From Lama glama (Eukaryota), in contig CM052817.1 in assembly GCA_028534125.1 (NCBI GenBank), forward strand, positions 104,472,001 through 104,536,000: 64,000 nt of DNA. The letters run 5' to 3'. How positions within the stretch are numbered: the stretch's first letter is position 1; each line of letters starts with the position of its first letter. Below are positions 1 to 11,962 of this stretch, one piece after another. The notes beneath the pieces were generated by a model. It ran no database searches. It was not told the DNA's origin and saw only the letters and a program-made list of their open reading frames with translations. The position numbers and the translations under genes are program-made.

Positions 1-89
1 TAGCCATTAAGTCCTTTCTATCATAGGATATTCAAGTGTCACCCATTTGTCTCCAAGGCAAGTTGAGCCATTCCACTCAAAAGTTTACA

Positions 90-251
90 GTAAATAGAAT
101 AGAAACTTGTGGAATCATCTTCCTCTCTCACAAATGAAGCAACAGCCAAGCGGCACAGCCTCTCAGCTGGTCCAAGTTCCTCAAAAAAGTTTTACTTTTG
201 CAAAACGAGCCCTCTGACTTCCTACATTCGATGAGCTGCCTTACAAGCAAC
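90..251 (+). promoter_or_regulatory. Candidate internal promoter/5'UTR for the short MARCHF1 isoform
   Basis: Three minus-strand ETS/PU.1-type cores (GAGGAAG 119-125, GAGGAACT 175-182, AGGAAGT 217-223) and an E-box CAGCTG (164-169) lie just upstream of ATG 252. Confidence 0.55.
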
Positions 252-442
252 ATGACCGACAGTCGCGTTTGTTGTAACTTTTTAAACATGTGGAAAAAAA
301 GCAAGATCTCGACCATGTATTACCTTAACCAAGATGCCAAATTATCTAACTTGTTTCTCCAGGCCAGCAGCCCAACGACAGGGACAGCTCCCAGGAGCCA
401 GTCACGGTTGTCCGTCTGTCCATCCACTCAGGACATCTGCAG
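252..442 (+). CDS. MARCHF1: Alternative first coding exon of the short MARCHF1 isoform ([41 protein letters not shown]...)
   Basis: ATG at 252 (another in frame at 231) reads without stops into 363-442. The peptide resembles the alternative N-terminus of human MARCH1 isoform 2 as recalled. Confidence 0.8.
363..442 (+). CDS. MARCHF1: MARCHF1 coding exon ([27 protein letters not shown]), ending with the first RING-CH cysteine
   Basis: Acceptor tttctccag ends at 362 and donor gtaagt starts at 443. The exon is 80 nt (phase 0 to 2). The peptide matches the MARCH1 N-terminal region as I recall it and joins in frame to 24831 (DICR|ICHC). Confidence 0.95.
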
Positions 443-722
443 GTAAGTGCTCAGCGGATGACCCTGTTCAGTGTTTTTTCTAGACCAGTGTTGCGTGTTC
501 TTGTCGGAGATTCAGACCGTGTGTGGTTCTTGCTTCTGCTGTACATTTGTCCAGGGATGTTTTACGCCAGCGTAATTTTTGCCTGTAGTGCATTTCCCTC
601 ATTCGATCTTTGCTGAACCACCTTCGGGTCCACACGTTCGTTTTCATCACTCTCTCTCTCTGTTTTCCCGTGGCTTTCCTCTCCACTCCCGTCTCCCATC
701 CTTCGCCCGCCGCTTTGTCTAG

Positions 723-1487
723 ATCTGCCGTCTTACATGACTTGTCAGAAGCGGCCTTTGAGCAAAGCACCCCTGTCACGGTGCTGGGCCCTGCTAGGAA
801 GGAGTCTGGTCACAAATCAGTCAAACGGAGGCTGAGGAGGAGGAGGAGGAGGGTGGCGGACAGACACGAGTGTGCAGAAGAACGAGCCACAGGGAGGAGA
901 AAGGATGTTCACCTCCAGATCTCCAGCCCTCGATGGAGGGAGACCGACACAGATTCGTCAGACTCCAGCACCGCAGACGAGAGTCACTGGATCCAGGCTA
1001 AGAGAGCAGCCCAAGTGAAGTTCCGCCTGGCACGAAGGAGGAGGAGAATTAGAAACAAACCAAGTGGCAACTTGGATGAGTCCTCTGCTGCTGGTGGAAT
1101 TGAGCCAGGAGATGTGGGATCCCAGGGTCAGGCGCCAGCCCGGCTGACGGAGGGGGAGAGCTCCTTAAGTCTCCGCAGGGGAGAAGGCACCAGGTACCAA
1201 GAATGCGGTCCTTCCCTGCTGGGAGGGGCCTCCGAGATGAAGAGACCCTCAAGGAGCCACGAGGGAAGCAAAGGCAGGTCCCGCCACCGGGGTCGTCAGC
1301 GCCTGCCTGGTCTTGGGCAAAGTGAAACAATCAAGAAAAGGTTTTCAGAGACAGATTCCAGCCCTGAAACACCAGCAGCGAAAGAAGGGGGCAAGTTTGT
1401 GGACGATGCTGGGTCCCAGGTGAATAACCCTGCCCAGAAGCCTCCCGCCGCCCACCAGGACGGGTCTGAGGATTTAGAAACGTGCAG
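723..1487 (+). CDS. MARCHF1: Large alternatively spliced cassette exon of MARCHF1 (255 codons; Arg/Ser-rich, probably disordered)
   Basis: A long polypyrimidine tract leads to ag at 721-722, and donor gtcagt starts at 1488. The exon is 765 nt, phase 2-2, stop-free (part of ORF 610-1527). It ends EDLETCR, in frame with the RING exon. Confidence 0.85.
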
Positions 1488-2698
1488 GTCAGTCACTGCA
1501 GAGAGAGACGTGGTGCCGTCTAGATAGATGGACATAGTTATGTGTGTGTGTCACCTGCCCTCCAACATAGCATTTATTCATACTGTTCTTGGTCTGATTG
1601 GATGCAAGGTGATTCAAGGAGAAAAGGGGAGGAGAAGAAGGATGCAGAGGTATCTGGGAGGAGGGGATTGAAAGCTGTTCCAGATTAGAATTAGATTCCC
1701 CCTCTTCCTCCTTTTAATTGCATAAGGATTTATGCTGGCCAAGGGAGTGACAAGCCAGTGTCACTTAGTGTCACCCTTAGACTCTTCAGTGCACATTTGA
1801 TGAACTGTTAGCACCCTGGCAGAGGATAGTAGACACTTGGACGTTTTAAGGTCAGATTTTTTTTTTTTTGTATCAGAAAAAAAATCTCTGCAGTTGGTGC
1901 TAATTTGTTCTCCAGTTGTCTGACTCAGCAGGGTAATTGGAGACTAAAAGGACACAGAAACAGGTCACAGCCATACCAGTGGGGTTGCTGGAGCCCCCAG
2001 GGAAGGAGACCACATTAACTTTGGTGATCATCGTGTCCTCAAAGAGTTCGGCGTGGCTTTGAGGCTGCTTGCGTGCATTTTTTGACTCAGCTGTGTGCAT
2101 TTTCCAAATTAACTTCATGTTTAAAAGACTGCTGTGACTATCCAGGCTGGGATGCACAAGTGAGATCACTTTGAACAAAACAAGGCTTTCACATTTTCAT
2201 ATTATCCATTGTCATTTCAGTTGTGTGGATTCTGTTTGGGGGCCAGTGAAGTTCACATGGCATAATGCGTGGTTTGAGGGGTGGGGGGGCTTGTTTTTTA
2301 TGAAAGTTGAAGTTCTTTTATAAAACAAGTCTGTGTGTTGCATGTGAATCACATGACCCAGAGAAAGCTTCCTACGTCCATCAGGTCTGGATGGAAATAA
2401 TATTCTAATGGTTTGTTTCTCTGAAAGTTTTAGGAGATGGTCATTTATAAAATGCACATTTAGTTATTCACTCAAGCATTCATGAGGCCTCAAGCTTTGT
2501 TTGAAAATATTACAGCTGAAAGTGTATATGGTTTCTGAGATCTGAGAGCTTACAGTCTAATGGGGGCCAGGGACACAAAACAACTTCACAGTTAATACAC
2601 GATTACAATGGTGAGGAGGAATGGAAGAATGTACAATGAAGAAGGGGTACCTGTGGTAGGGAATCAGAAAAGAATTCTCTTAAGAAAATGACAAGCTG

Positions 2699-2856
2699 TT
2701 GGGGGAGGGTATAGCTCAGTATAGCATGCATGAGGTCCTGGGTTCAATCCCCAGGACCTCCATTAAAATAAATAAGTAAATAAATAAACCTAATTACCTA
2801 CCCCCGTCCAAAAAAAAAAAAAGACACACAAAAAAGAGATTAAAAAGAAAAAAAGG
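2699..2856 (+). mobile_element. tRNA-derived SINE (Vic-1-like), internally deleted
   Basis: tagctcagt A-box, ggttcaatcc B-box and A-rich tail. Perfect 17-bp TSD aagaaaatgacaagctg at 2682-2698 and 2857-2873. Confidence 0.9.
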
Positions 2857-5308
2857 AAGAAAATGACAAGCTGACTGAGGGTCAAGGCTGGCAGGAATTG
2901 ATCAAGGAGAAACAGACGAGGCGGTCCAGCCAGTGTGCCACCGAGGTCCGGGTACCCAGACCCACATCTGGGTGGTGGCCAGGGTGTGGTGAGCAGGGTG
3001 GGTGGTGGAGATTAGGGTGGAGAGGTGGGGTGGGCCAGGTAAGCATGTGAAGGGACTTAAAAGAGAAGTGACCCCATTTGACTTCTATACTAATGCAAGT
3101 TAGTTTCTTGTAGTCTTTTGAATATGGTTTAGGCGTGGCTTTGCTAAAATGTTGGGGGATGGAATGCTGCACTATTTCTGGTCTCGACTAAGAACTCCCC
3201 ACTTGCAAACATCTGTTGTTATTCCCCCAAAGCTACTCCAACATTAACTGAATGAAAGACAGTCGAAGAAACGAGTTGGAGACGTTAACGGTAATTGGAG
3301 GTAAAAGCAGTGCCTGTAATTAAAGCCGAAGTGACTGTTTCTCCTAAAAGCGCTACTCTGGAGGAACATTTTGAAAGATGGAATATTTCACTTAGACTTC
3401 TATTAACGAAGTGAGATCAATGGGCCTGCAGTTACCATTTCTTGCTGTGCGTTATCATCCAAATATACCCATGAAGCAAATCCTCCAGGTTGCGTATTAT
3501 GCCAGCTGCTGAAGATAAAAAGTGACAAAGACTTGAGTCTTCCCTTAAACGGCCTAGAATCGAGTGGGAGCAATCGAACGTATGCTTGAAAAGATGAAAG
3601 TTCAAGATAGTACAGGGTGAGTTTAAAGAGAGGAATACCGCAGGAATTTGAGGAAAGAAAAGGTACCGAGAGGCACGCAATCCAGGAACCGCTGAAGAGC
3701 TGGGATCGGGGCTGAGAGAGGAGAAGTTAGTCTGGCAGAGATGCCCGGCTGGCTTCCAGGCGCTCAGGGCCGAGACAAGGACAAGGGAATGGCTCGGCGC
3801 GCCTGAGGCTTCTGTGCGAACTCGTGTGACGAGGGTGGAAGGTTTGCATAGATTGACGATAACGGGAATTTTTTTTCCATGACGTGGTGCAGAGCACATG
3901 CACATTCTTCCAGGGAGCTTAGCTCTGTTCTGTGCATCTGTTTTCAAACCGCCTTGCTGGGTACCAAGGAGGCTGCCCCACGGCTGAGGGCGGATCAGGG
4001 CGCTTGTGTTCCTGTTAGCGCATCTTCCACCGGAAAGTTGGAGTTCTCTAACATTCCTGTAAGGAAAAAAAAGAAGATTCCGCTGCAAAAAATACTACAG
4101 AACAGCCTTTGCTAAACGAAGCACGCTTGATGAAGGATCACATACACAGAGCAGTCACAGCGTCCCTGAAGGGATACTGGGAAAGATCCTAGACTTAGGA
4201 GAAGGTGTTGCGATGTGGTGAAGCCTCCTTCCATAGGCTGAGGGGGTGAGGATGCTGCAGGGGACTCAAAGGGAGGAACCGGTGGCCTTCGGGCATCCCC
4301 CTCGGATGACGCTCCCCGGTGAGCGGGGGCAATCGTAGTGCTGGAATTGGTGAGGGCACCAGACAGAGGGGTCAGGAATGACACCAGACCTTGGAGCTTG
4401 GAAGGCAGGGAAAGCTGATGTGACTGACAAAGGCGGAGGAGGCCGGTCAGAGGTCAGTTTGTTTGGGAAAGGCATAATGAGTTCAATTACAGGCAGGCTG
4501 TTTGCAGTGACCGTGATGTCCCAGGGTCAGCTGTTCAGCGGACAGTGTGAGTCACGTTACTGAAGCCTGGGAGAGCAGGCAAGGCTGGGCCTGGGTGATT
4601 TTTCCAGCATTACTGATCTATACACAGACCGACAGTGAACAGCTGTCTTTGCAATGGTCAGTAACGTGATATACAGACACAGGGCAGTGGCACTTAAAAG
4701 CGAGAATCTTCTCAAGGCCAGGGAGGGCATGTCGAGGTGGGCACCGTTCTCAGGGAGGTGACCGTGATGCCTGAAAGTGGATGAAATCTCTACGTGAGGT
4801 CACATGTGGGGAAAAAGCCCCAGGCTGAGCACCAGGGGCCCCCCTGTAGGGGAGGAAGGTGACCTGCCAGAGAAGCAGCGATCGCCTGTGAAAGGCACTC
4901 CTGCTGCTTCAGACTGGCCTAGGCAGGACACAGCCACAGCCGCAAAGCAGAAGCAGCTCCTGAGTCCTTCTTCCTTTTCCGTTCCTGGCATTTGTCCCAC
5001 AGGGAAACTCTGCCCTCCTTCCCACCTTATCAGTGCCTCCGCAGAGAAAATACATTGTAACCTGGAATTTAACTTAAACCATCATGCCATCACACCCACA
5101 CTTGCAGAGTGGGAAAAGCTTTGCCTTTTTCTTTTTTTTGAGAAAATTTACATTAAAACAATGAGTTAGATCATATTAGCTCACACTTGAAACTTTTCGG
5201 TAGCCTCTTAGTTGCTGTCAGAGACAAGTTCAACGTCTTTACTATGATTTACAAGGCTCTACATCATCTGTCTATCGGAACTGCCTCCCAGACTTTAACA
5301 CTGTTATT

Positions 5309-5709
5309 TTTTAAAACATTTGTTTAAATGTTTATACAATTTTTAAAGGTTACTTTCCATTTACAGTTATTACAAAATATGGGCTATATTCCCATGTTGT
5401 ACAGTACATCCTTGTAGTCTCTCTTGCTCCCAGTAGTTTGTGCCTCTCACTTCCCCACCCCTGTCTTGTCCCTCCCTCTTCCCACTTCCCACTGGTAACC
5501 ACTAGTTTGTTCTCTATACCTGTGAGTCTGTTTCTTTTTTGTTATATTCACTCATTTGTTTTATTTTTAAGATTCCACATACAAGTGGTATCAGACAGTA
5601 TTTGTCTTTCTCTCTCTGACTTATTTCACTTAGCATAATACTCTCCAAGTCTATTCATATTGTTACAAATGGCACAGTTTCATTTTTCATAGCTGAGTAG
5701 TATTCCATT

Positions 5710-5760
<51 letters not shown>

Positions 5761-5990
5761 CCACTTCTTTATTGATTCATCTGTGGATGGCCACCAGGGT
5801 TGCTTCCATGTCTTGGCAATTGTAAATAATTCTGCTATAAACATTCTCAAAAAAACTAAAACTAGAGCTAACTACCATGTGACCCAGCAATTCCCCTCCT
5901 GGATATATATCCAGGAAAAGACAAAAAAAAAAAAAAGACACCGATTTGAAAAGTTCCATGCACCCCAGTGTTCACAGCAGCATTATTTAC
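5309..5990 (-). mobile_element. 5'-truncated, 5'-inverted L1 with an internal (TG)n(TA)n tract
   Basis: Antisense L1 3' end (5309-5845) is joined to a sense L1 piece (5846-5990). TSD aacactgt(t/c)att at 5297-5308 and 5991-6002. Confidence 0.85.
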
Positions 5991-6469
5991 AACACTGTCA
6001 TTAACAATGTCCTATTCATTGCTGTTCTCTCTCCAGTGCTCTGGAAGTGCCAGGCCTGTCCCTTTCAGGGCCTAGAATCTCTCCCCACCCCCCACTCTGC
6101 CCTTCACCGGACTAACTCCTAGTCATTCTTTCGATTGAAACGTCACTTCTTCAGGGAAACCTTCATGATTCCCTAAGCAATGCTCAGCTCCCCTTCACGT
6201 CTGCAGTGTCGTTTTTAATTGCTAACTTAGAGGTATTTTTGTGGTTGATGATATCAGATGTGTCTACTGATCTGTTCCCACAAAGTACCTGGGACAGCGC
6301 CTGGAAGACAGCACATACTCAGCATACAGTGTTTGAATGAATTGACTTGGGGAAAATGAATTTTTCCGGAGGGAGTCATTCTTCCTGTGTGAAATCCTGG
6401 CACTCGGTGGAGGGTGACCTCCCCTCCTTGGAACCACGTGTAAAGGAAACTCTCCAGTTCCCAATGCTT

Positions 6470-6640
6470 GGTGGATTTCAGCATCTGCTCCAGGGCTGTT
6501 CAGACACAGGTCACTGCACCCACTCCCAGGATTTCTGACTCCCTCCCTCTGGGGGTGGGTCCACGAGCTGCATTTCTAACATGTTCCCAGGTGATGCAGA
6601 GCTTACTCATCCAGAGACCACATTTTGGGAACCACTGTTC
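6470..6640. mobile_element. MER5A-like hAT DNA transposon relic
   Basis: tgcatttctaacatgttcccaggtgatgc...ccacattttgggaaccactg is typical of the MER5A end. Confidence 0.7.
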
Positions 6641-8499
6641 TGTGCTGCAAAGTCCCCCTGAGCTTTGAGTGGGAAAGGCTGAGTTTGGGGAGCATAATTA
6701 CAGTTTTCTGTCACATTCTCCTGAGCGCTGACACAAAGCATGATCAGATCACCTTCCTGGCATTTCACGCTGCCCTGCCAGCATGGGGAAGGTCCTCCCA
6801 CTAAAACCGTAGACCGACCAAGTCCCAGCCTTACCAGGAACTCAGATGTCACGATTTGACTATTGTTTCCCTTCAAGCCCACTTCCTCATCCCAGCTACC
6901 CCGACTTCCGCCAGTGAGTTCACAAAGCCCCTGAATTTCCAGTTTTTGACAAGTTTTCTTCTGCATCAGATATATCTGATCTCCAACCAAGTCCTGTCAC
7001 TTCTTCCTCCAGATGCTGCTTTGATTGAGGTCTTCCTTCTCGTTACCAGCATCCTCTTCTCTCCACTTCTCTTCTCTCCCCACATCCACCCTCAGGTCTC
7101 CTCTACGCTGAAATTGACTGAAACCACTTTAAATGAGCTTAAGCAAGAGAGGGAGGTGTCAGCCACAGAGATAGAAAACCCGGGTCACAGATGGCCTCGG
7201 GTCTCCAGAGACTCAAGCCATGCGTGTCTCTCTCTCCTCCTCCTCCTCTGTGTGGTTCTTATTTACCCCAGCTGAAGACCAACTTCCTCCAGACAGCAAA
7301 AGGAAGAAACAGTGGGGACAGAGACAGCTTCGGGCTTACATGTTACCAGCAGTGACTTCACAGAAAAGGGAAATGTTCTCTTCAAGCAGTTACATATGAA
7401 ACCCTAAAGAAGGAATAGAATTAGCCTGCCTCATGTCACATCCTGGAGCTAACCACTGTCACCAGGGGTAGGGGGCGTTACACGTGGATCAAGTCCTTGG
7501 GCAGAAAGGTTGTATTTAAAATGTGGCTATTGGCAGTCCCTTCAGAACCTGATGAATTGGGGAATGGGCATTTCAACACCAAGAAAGAACAGCACCAGTA
7601 CCAGAAGAAGTGGGGAAAAAATTATTAGCAGAAATCAATCAATCAATCAATCAAAAAAAACCAAACAAACAGTAGTACTCAACTACTACCAAATACACTT
7701 CTTCCCTTCCTAAGTGGATTTCTCTTCTCTCCAAATGCCCATATTTAAATATGTTCCCTCATTGTTTATCCTCTTCCATAAAGCTTTCCTAAGCTCTTCC
7801 GATCCACGGTAACTGTTTCCTTCTTGGAATTTTCGTTAACCTCTCTAGTCAATATCATGTGTTGAGTATTCAGTCATCCTCCAGGGGTTTCATATGTGTT
7901 AAATCTCTTTTCTCTACACAATCAACTCCTGGAAGGTAAGAATTATCTCTCACACCTGTTTTATGCCCTACACGGTTCTCAGAGTAATTTTGGAATTGAG
8001 CAATTTCTCTGACATAACTTTTAGAATGACTTCATGATCAGTGAATACTGAGAGGAGATGTGCAAAAGCCTTGGGGACTATAATGGAGATTGGGTGACGC
8101 AGGGTAACATAAATAAGATAAATTGAATTCTATCGATAGTTTCGTTAGAAGAAGAAGAGCCTAAAAAGTAAATAACTCCTGGTGATGTTCTAGTTCTACT
8201 TTGGGTTGGATGATGAGTTTGAAGGTAATACTTTGTATTATTCTGCAACAGTCTTCACTATACATACTCTCACATTTTTCATTTAGGAAAAAAATTTTGA
8301 GGAACATTGGATGAAAAATGATTAAAACAGTGCCTATGTTGACTTGTTTACTTCTTGCAATAACTTTAATCTGGGTATGGGAAAGTGGAGAGAGAAAATT
8401 TCTGAAACTCCAGGTGTTCATGGTAGAAGACGAGTTTTCAAGAGCAACAGGGTCATGGTTTTTGCCAAAGCAACAAAGTTTATCAGATTGATTTAGGTA

Positions 8500-9073
8500 A
8501 TTTTTTTTTAATTGAGGTACAGTCAGTTTACAATGTTGTGTCAGCTTCTGATGCACAGCATCATGTTTCAGTCATACATATACATACATATATTCCTTTT
8601 CATATTCTTTTTCATTATAGGTTACTATAAGATATTGACTATAGTTCCCTATGCTACACAGATGAGACTTGTTGTATATCTATTTTATATATAGTAGTTT
8701 GTATCTGCAAATCTCAAACTCCTGATTTAGCCCTTCCCACCCCCTTTCCACCCTGGTAAACATAAGTTTGTTTTCTATGTCTGTGAGATTATTTATGTTT
8801 TATAAATAAGCTCATTGTGCCTTTTTTTTTTCAAAGATTCTACATATAAGTAATATCATGGAATTTCTCTTTCTGGCTTACTTCTCTTGGAATGGCATTC
8901 TCCAGGTCCATCTGTGTTGCTGCAAATGGCATTATTTCATTCTTTTTTATGGCTGAATAGTATTCCATTGTATAAATATACCACAGCTTCTTTATCCATT
9001 GATGGAAATTAAGGTTGTTTTTGTATCTTGGCTATTGTAAATAGTGCTCATGTGAACATTAGGGTGCATGTAT
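8500..9073 (-). mobile_element. L1 3' fragment
   Basis: Poly-T followed by the L1 3'UTR/ORF2-end pattern (atagttccctatgctacaca; ggctgaatagtattccattg). Confidence 0.9.
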
Positions 9074-9164
9074 GATTCAGATAATTTTTGAATCCCAGGC
9101 CTGAGCTCCTAAGAAACTTGTGCTTAAAATAGATCTTTTTTATCCATGTCATCATATCTGTAAA

Positions 9165-9900
9165 CCCAAGTACTCATTCATTCACATACTGAGCAAACTA
9201 TTTCTTGGAAATTCATTCTGTATCAAGACAAGATTCTAGAAGCCAGAAATACAATGGAAAATTCAGTAATGGTCTGATCCCTAATGAACTTATATTCCAA
9301 TTAGTAAGACAAATAATCACACAGGTAAATGTAAAAAAAAAAATCCATGTATCAGTGATGCTAAAGGAACATACAGCATCTGGTAGAAGAATGCAAGTTT
9401 CCTTGAGGAACAAATAATTAAGGAGAAGGAAGAGTAAGTGAAGCATAGAGAAGAGATACCCTGTTCTAGGAAAAGTATATGACACAAATGAGCACACAGA
9501 GATGAGGGAGATTTAGGAGAAAAGGATTTCAGTGCTGCCCCGCAGAGAGCAGGAGGATGGGGTGGGAGCCCACCATGGGGTCTTCATCCACCAAGTCAGG
9601 GCTTTGGATGGTGTTTCAATGGCAAGGGGAAATTCCTGTAGACTCTTAAGGAAAAGAATGACCCTGTGTTTTGGAAGAATACTGAAGCTGCTTTTGGAGA
9701 ACAGATAAGAAGGGCAAGACTGAAGTCAAAGGAACCCAATGAGAAAGCCAGACAGGTGTTCCAGGGAGAAGATGATGGTGGCTGCTAGAATAAAAGATGT
9801 AGGTGGATTTTTAAAGTATTTTGAGAGTAAATCAAATAGGACTTGATAAAATATGTATGGAACTGGTCTCAAGCTTCTGATTCAGAAAACTGAGTAGATT
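9165..9900 (-). mobile_element. Old L2-like fragments
   Basis: cattcattca...actgagc terminus followed by degenerate purine-rich L2-type sequence. Boundaries are approximate. Confidence 0.5.
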
Positions 9901-9970
9901 CTAGTACTGCTAGAGAGAACTACTTTTGAGAGAACATACTGCTTGAGAGGCAGATATGAAAGGAGTTTGA

Positions 9971-10060
9971 GGGTAGGGGTGGGACGTATAGCTCAGTGGT
10001 GGAGCATGTGTTTAGCATGCATGAGGTCCTGGGTTCAATCCCCAGTACCACCACTAAAAA
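9971..10060 (+). mobile_element. tRNA-derived SINE (Vic-1-like)
   Basis: tatagctcagtggtggagc...gggttcaatccccagtacc, flanked by aaaggagtt on both sides. Confidence 0.88.
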
Positions 10061-10129
10061 TTTTTTTTTGAAAAGGAGTTCAGTTTTAGACAGGATAAGT
10101 TTGAGGCACAAGATAAACACCCAAAGAGA

Positions 10130-10331
10130 GTAGATACACACTACTTTATATAAAATAGATAAAGGGCAAGGTCCTACTGTATAGCACAGGGGACTATATT
10201 CAATTTCTTACAGTAACCTACAATGAAAAAGAATGTATGTGTGTATATATATATAAAACTGAATCGCTGTGCTGTACACCAGAAACTAAAACAAGATTGT
10301 AAACAGACTATACTTTAATTTTTAAAAAAAA
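10130..10331 (+). mobile_element. L1 3' fragment (sense)
   Basis: gtcctactgtatagcacagggg...gctgtacaccagaaact followed by an A tail. Confidence 0.88.
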
Positions 10332-10874
10332 GTTTAAGTAAACAGAGATATCAAAGAGACACATACAGGTCTGGAGTTCAAAGGATGCATTGTGACTTTA
10401 GATGAAGATCAGGAAGTCTTGAGCCCGTAGGTGGTGATTGCCAGATCTCCCACAGAAAACTGTAAACTGAGAAGGGGAGGGTGTGGAGACCCTGTGGAAC
10501 GGCACCATTTAGTGGCCCTGGGAGAAGGAGCAGGTGGAAACCCAGGAGCGTGTGAAGGAAGGAGAGACTGGACCAGGTGGAGGGACAGGGGAAGTCAGGG
10601 GCCTGTTTGTGTTTCTAATCTAGAGAACTCTTGAGCTCGGAGAGAGAAAGAGGCTGAAGATGCAGAAAACTGAGAGGATTACTTAACTGAGGCCCCACAG
10701 AGACGGCAGGAAAGGAAAGGACCCAAAGCCCAAAATAGAAGGATCTGTCGTATTGCAGAAAATAGGTATGTCTTTCTTTTCAACGGAAGCAAAAGAGGAG
10801 ATGGTAGATGTGAACAAATGTAGATCTTCAGATTAGGAAAGCTTCCTTTTGATGGCCTTGGAGAGTAAGGGGGT

Positions 10875-11031
10875 GTGGCAGGGTCAACCATCCAGGGAAA
10901 TGTGAATTTCAGATAAACAGCAACTAGCTTTTCACTGGGACACACTCGCACTTTAAAAAGTATTCGTTGTTTATCTGCAATTCAGATTTCACTGGGCTTC
11001 CTGTATATTTTTTCTAAGGCTGGCAACGCTA
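10875..11031. mobile_element. MER53-like palindromic non-autonomous DNA transposon
   Basis: Inverted arms at 10892-10921 and 10966-10995 (26/30 complementary) and a ctggcaacgcta terminus. Confidence 0.8.
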
Positions 11032-11490
11032 AGAATAGCAAGAGAAAAAGGTTTATCGAAAGTGCTGCTGAGGCTTGTTACTGAGTTTACGTGGCAGCAG
11101 CAGGAAGTGCAGTTTATCCCTGCAGTTCATCCTTGAAATGCAGACACCACCAACCAACCAAAGCAGGCACCTGGACGCCAACCTGAGGGAGTGGCAGCCA
11201 GTTGACACACCTAGCACAGTTTCATGTGTTCGTCCCCATGGATCCCCAGTTAAACCTGAAGCTTAAAAACTAGGGCAGGTATGCTTTACAAATAAGATTT
11301 TTAAAGCAAAATAACATTTCAGTGAGTAGTTTTTCTCTCTGATTATTTAGAGAAGAAAACATACTTCTCTTGACCGTCTCCTTTCAGGCAATTATGATGG
11401 TCATTGGAAAGAGTGGATTCAGGAACCAACCAGATCACTTTCCAGTATGCTCTTTGAGGACCCTTGAATCTTAGCACACTTATCATCTCT

Positions 11491-11962
11491 TGTCACTGAA
11501 CCAAACTTGGGTCCCCTCTCCAAGGCGCAATCTACAGACACCAGGTTGTGGTGATGGTTCAGCCTTTATTGAAGATGCCAAGCAAGGAGTCAGGGCAGCT
11601 GGTGCTCAAAACACCCAAACTGCCTGATGGGTTTCAGCAAAGCATTTTTAAAGGCCAGATGAGAGGGAGGGTTCCCAGGGTATGTGATCAGCTCGTGTGC
11701 AATTCTCTGATTGGTTGATGGTGAGGTAACAGGGAGCTGTCACAGAGGTTAATGTCACCCATCCTTAGGCACCAGCAGGTCTGCAGGGCTACATGCTCAT
11801 GGTCATCAAGTAGTTAATATTTTCCATTTGGTGGGGATTTAGCATCTGTAAAACAACTCAGGAAGTGTGCAAAACATATAGTTATGTGGGTGCTTTGGAG
11901 AGGAGCTACAGCAGAGGATTCTTCCATCCTGGAAAGACCCCACAGGGTTCTGCTCGGTGACA
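11491..11962 (-). mobile_element. Solo ERV LTR
   Basis: TG...CA ends with short inverted termini (tgtcactga/tcggtgaca), flanks ctct/ctat, and a minus-strand AATAAA and CCAAT box. Confidence 0.8.

Noticed and set aside
610..1527. 305-aa ORF as a standalone gene
   Set aside because: It starts at TTG, and its hydrophobic-looking N-terminus is just the translated polypyrimidine tract. Splice sites delimit the real exon at 723-1487.
3432..4088. 218-aa minus-strand ORF
   Set aside because: Non-ATG start, no recognisable domain, and it lies in degenerate intronic sequence. Most likely chance.
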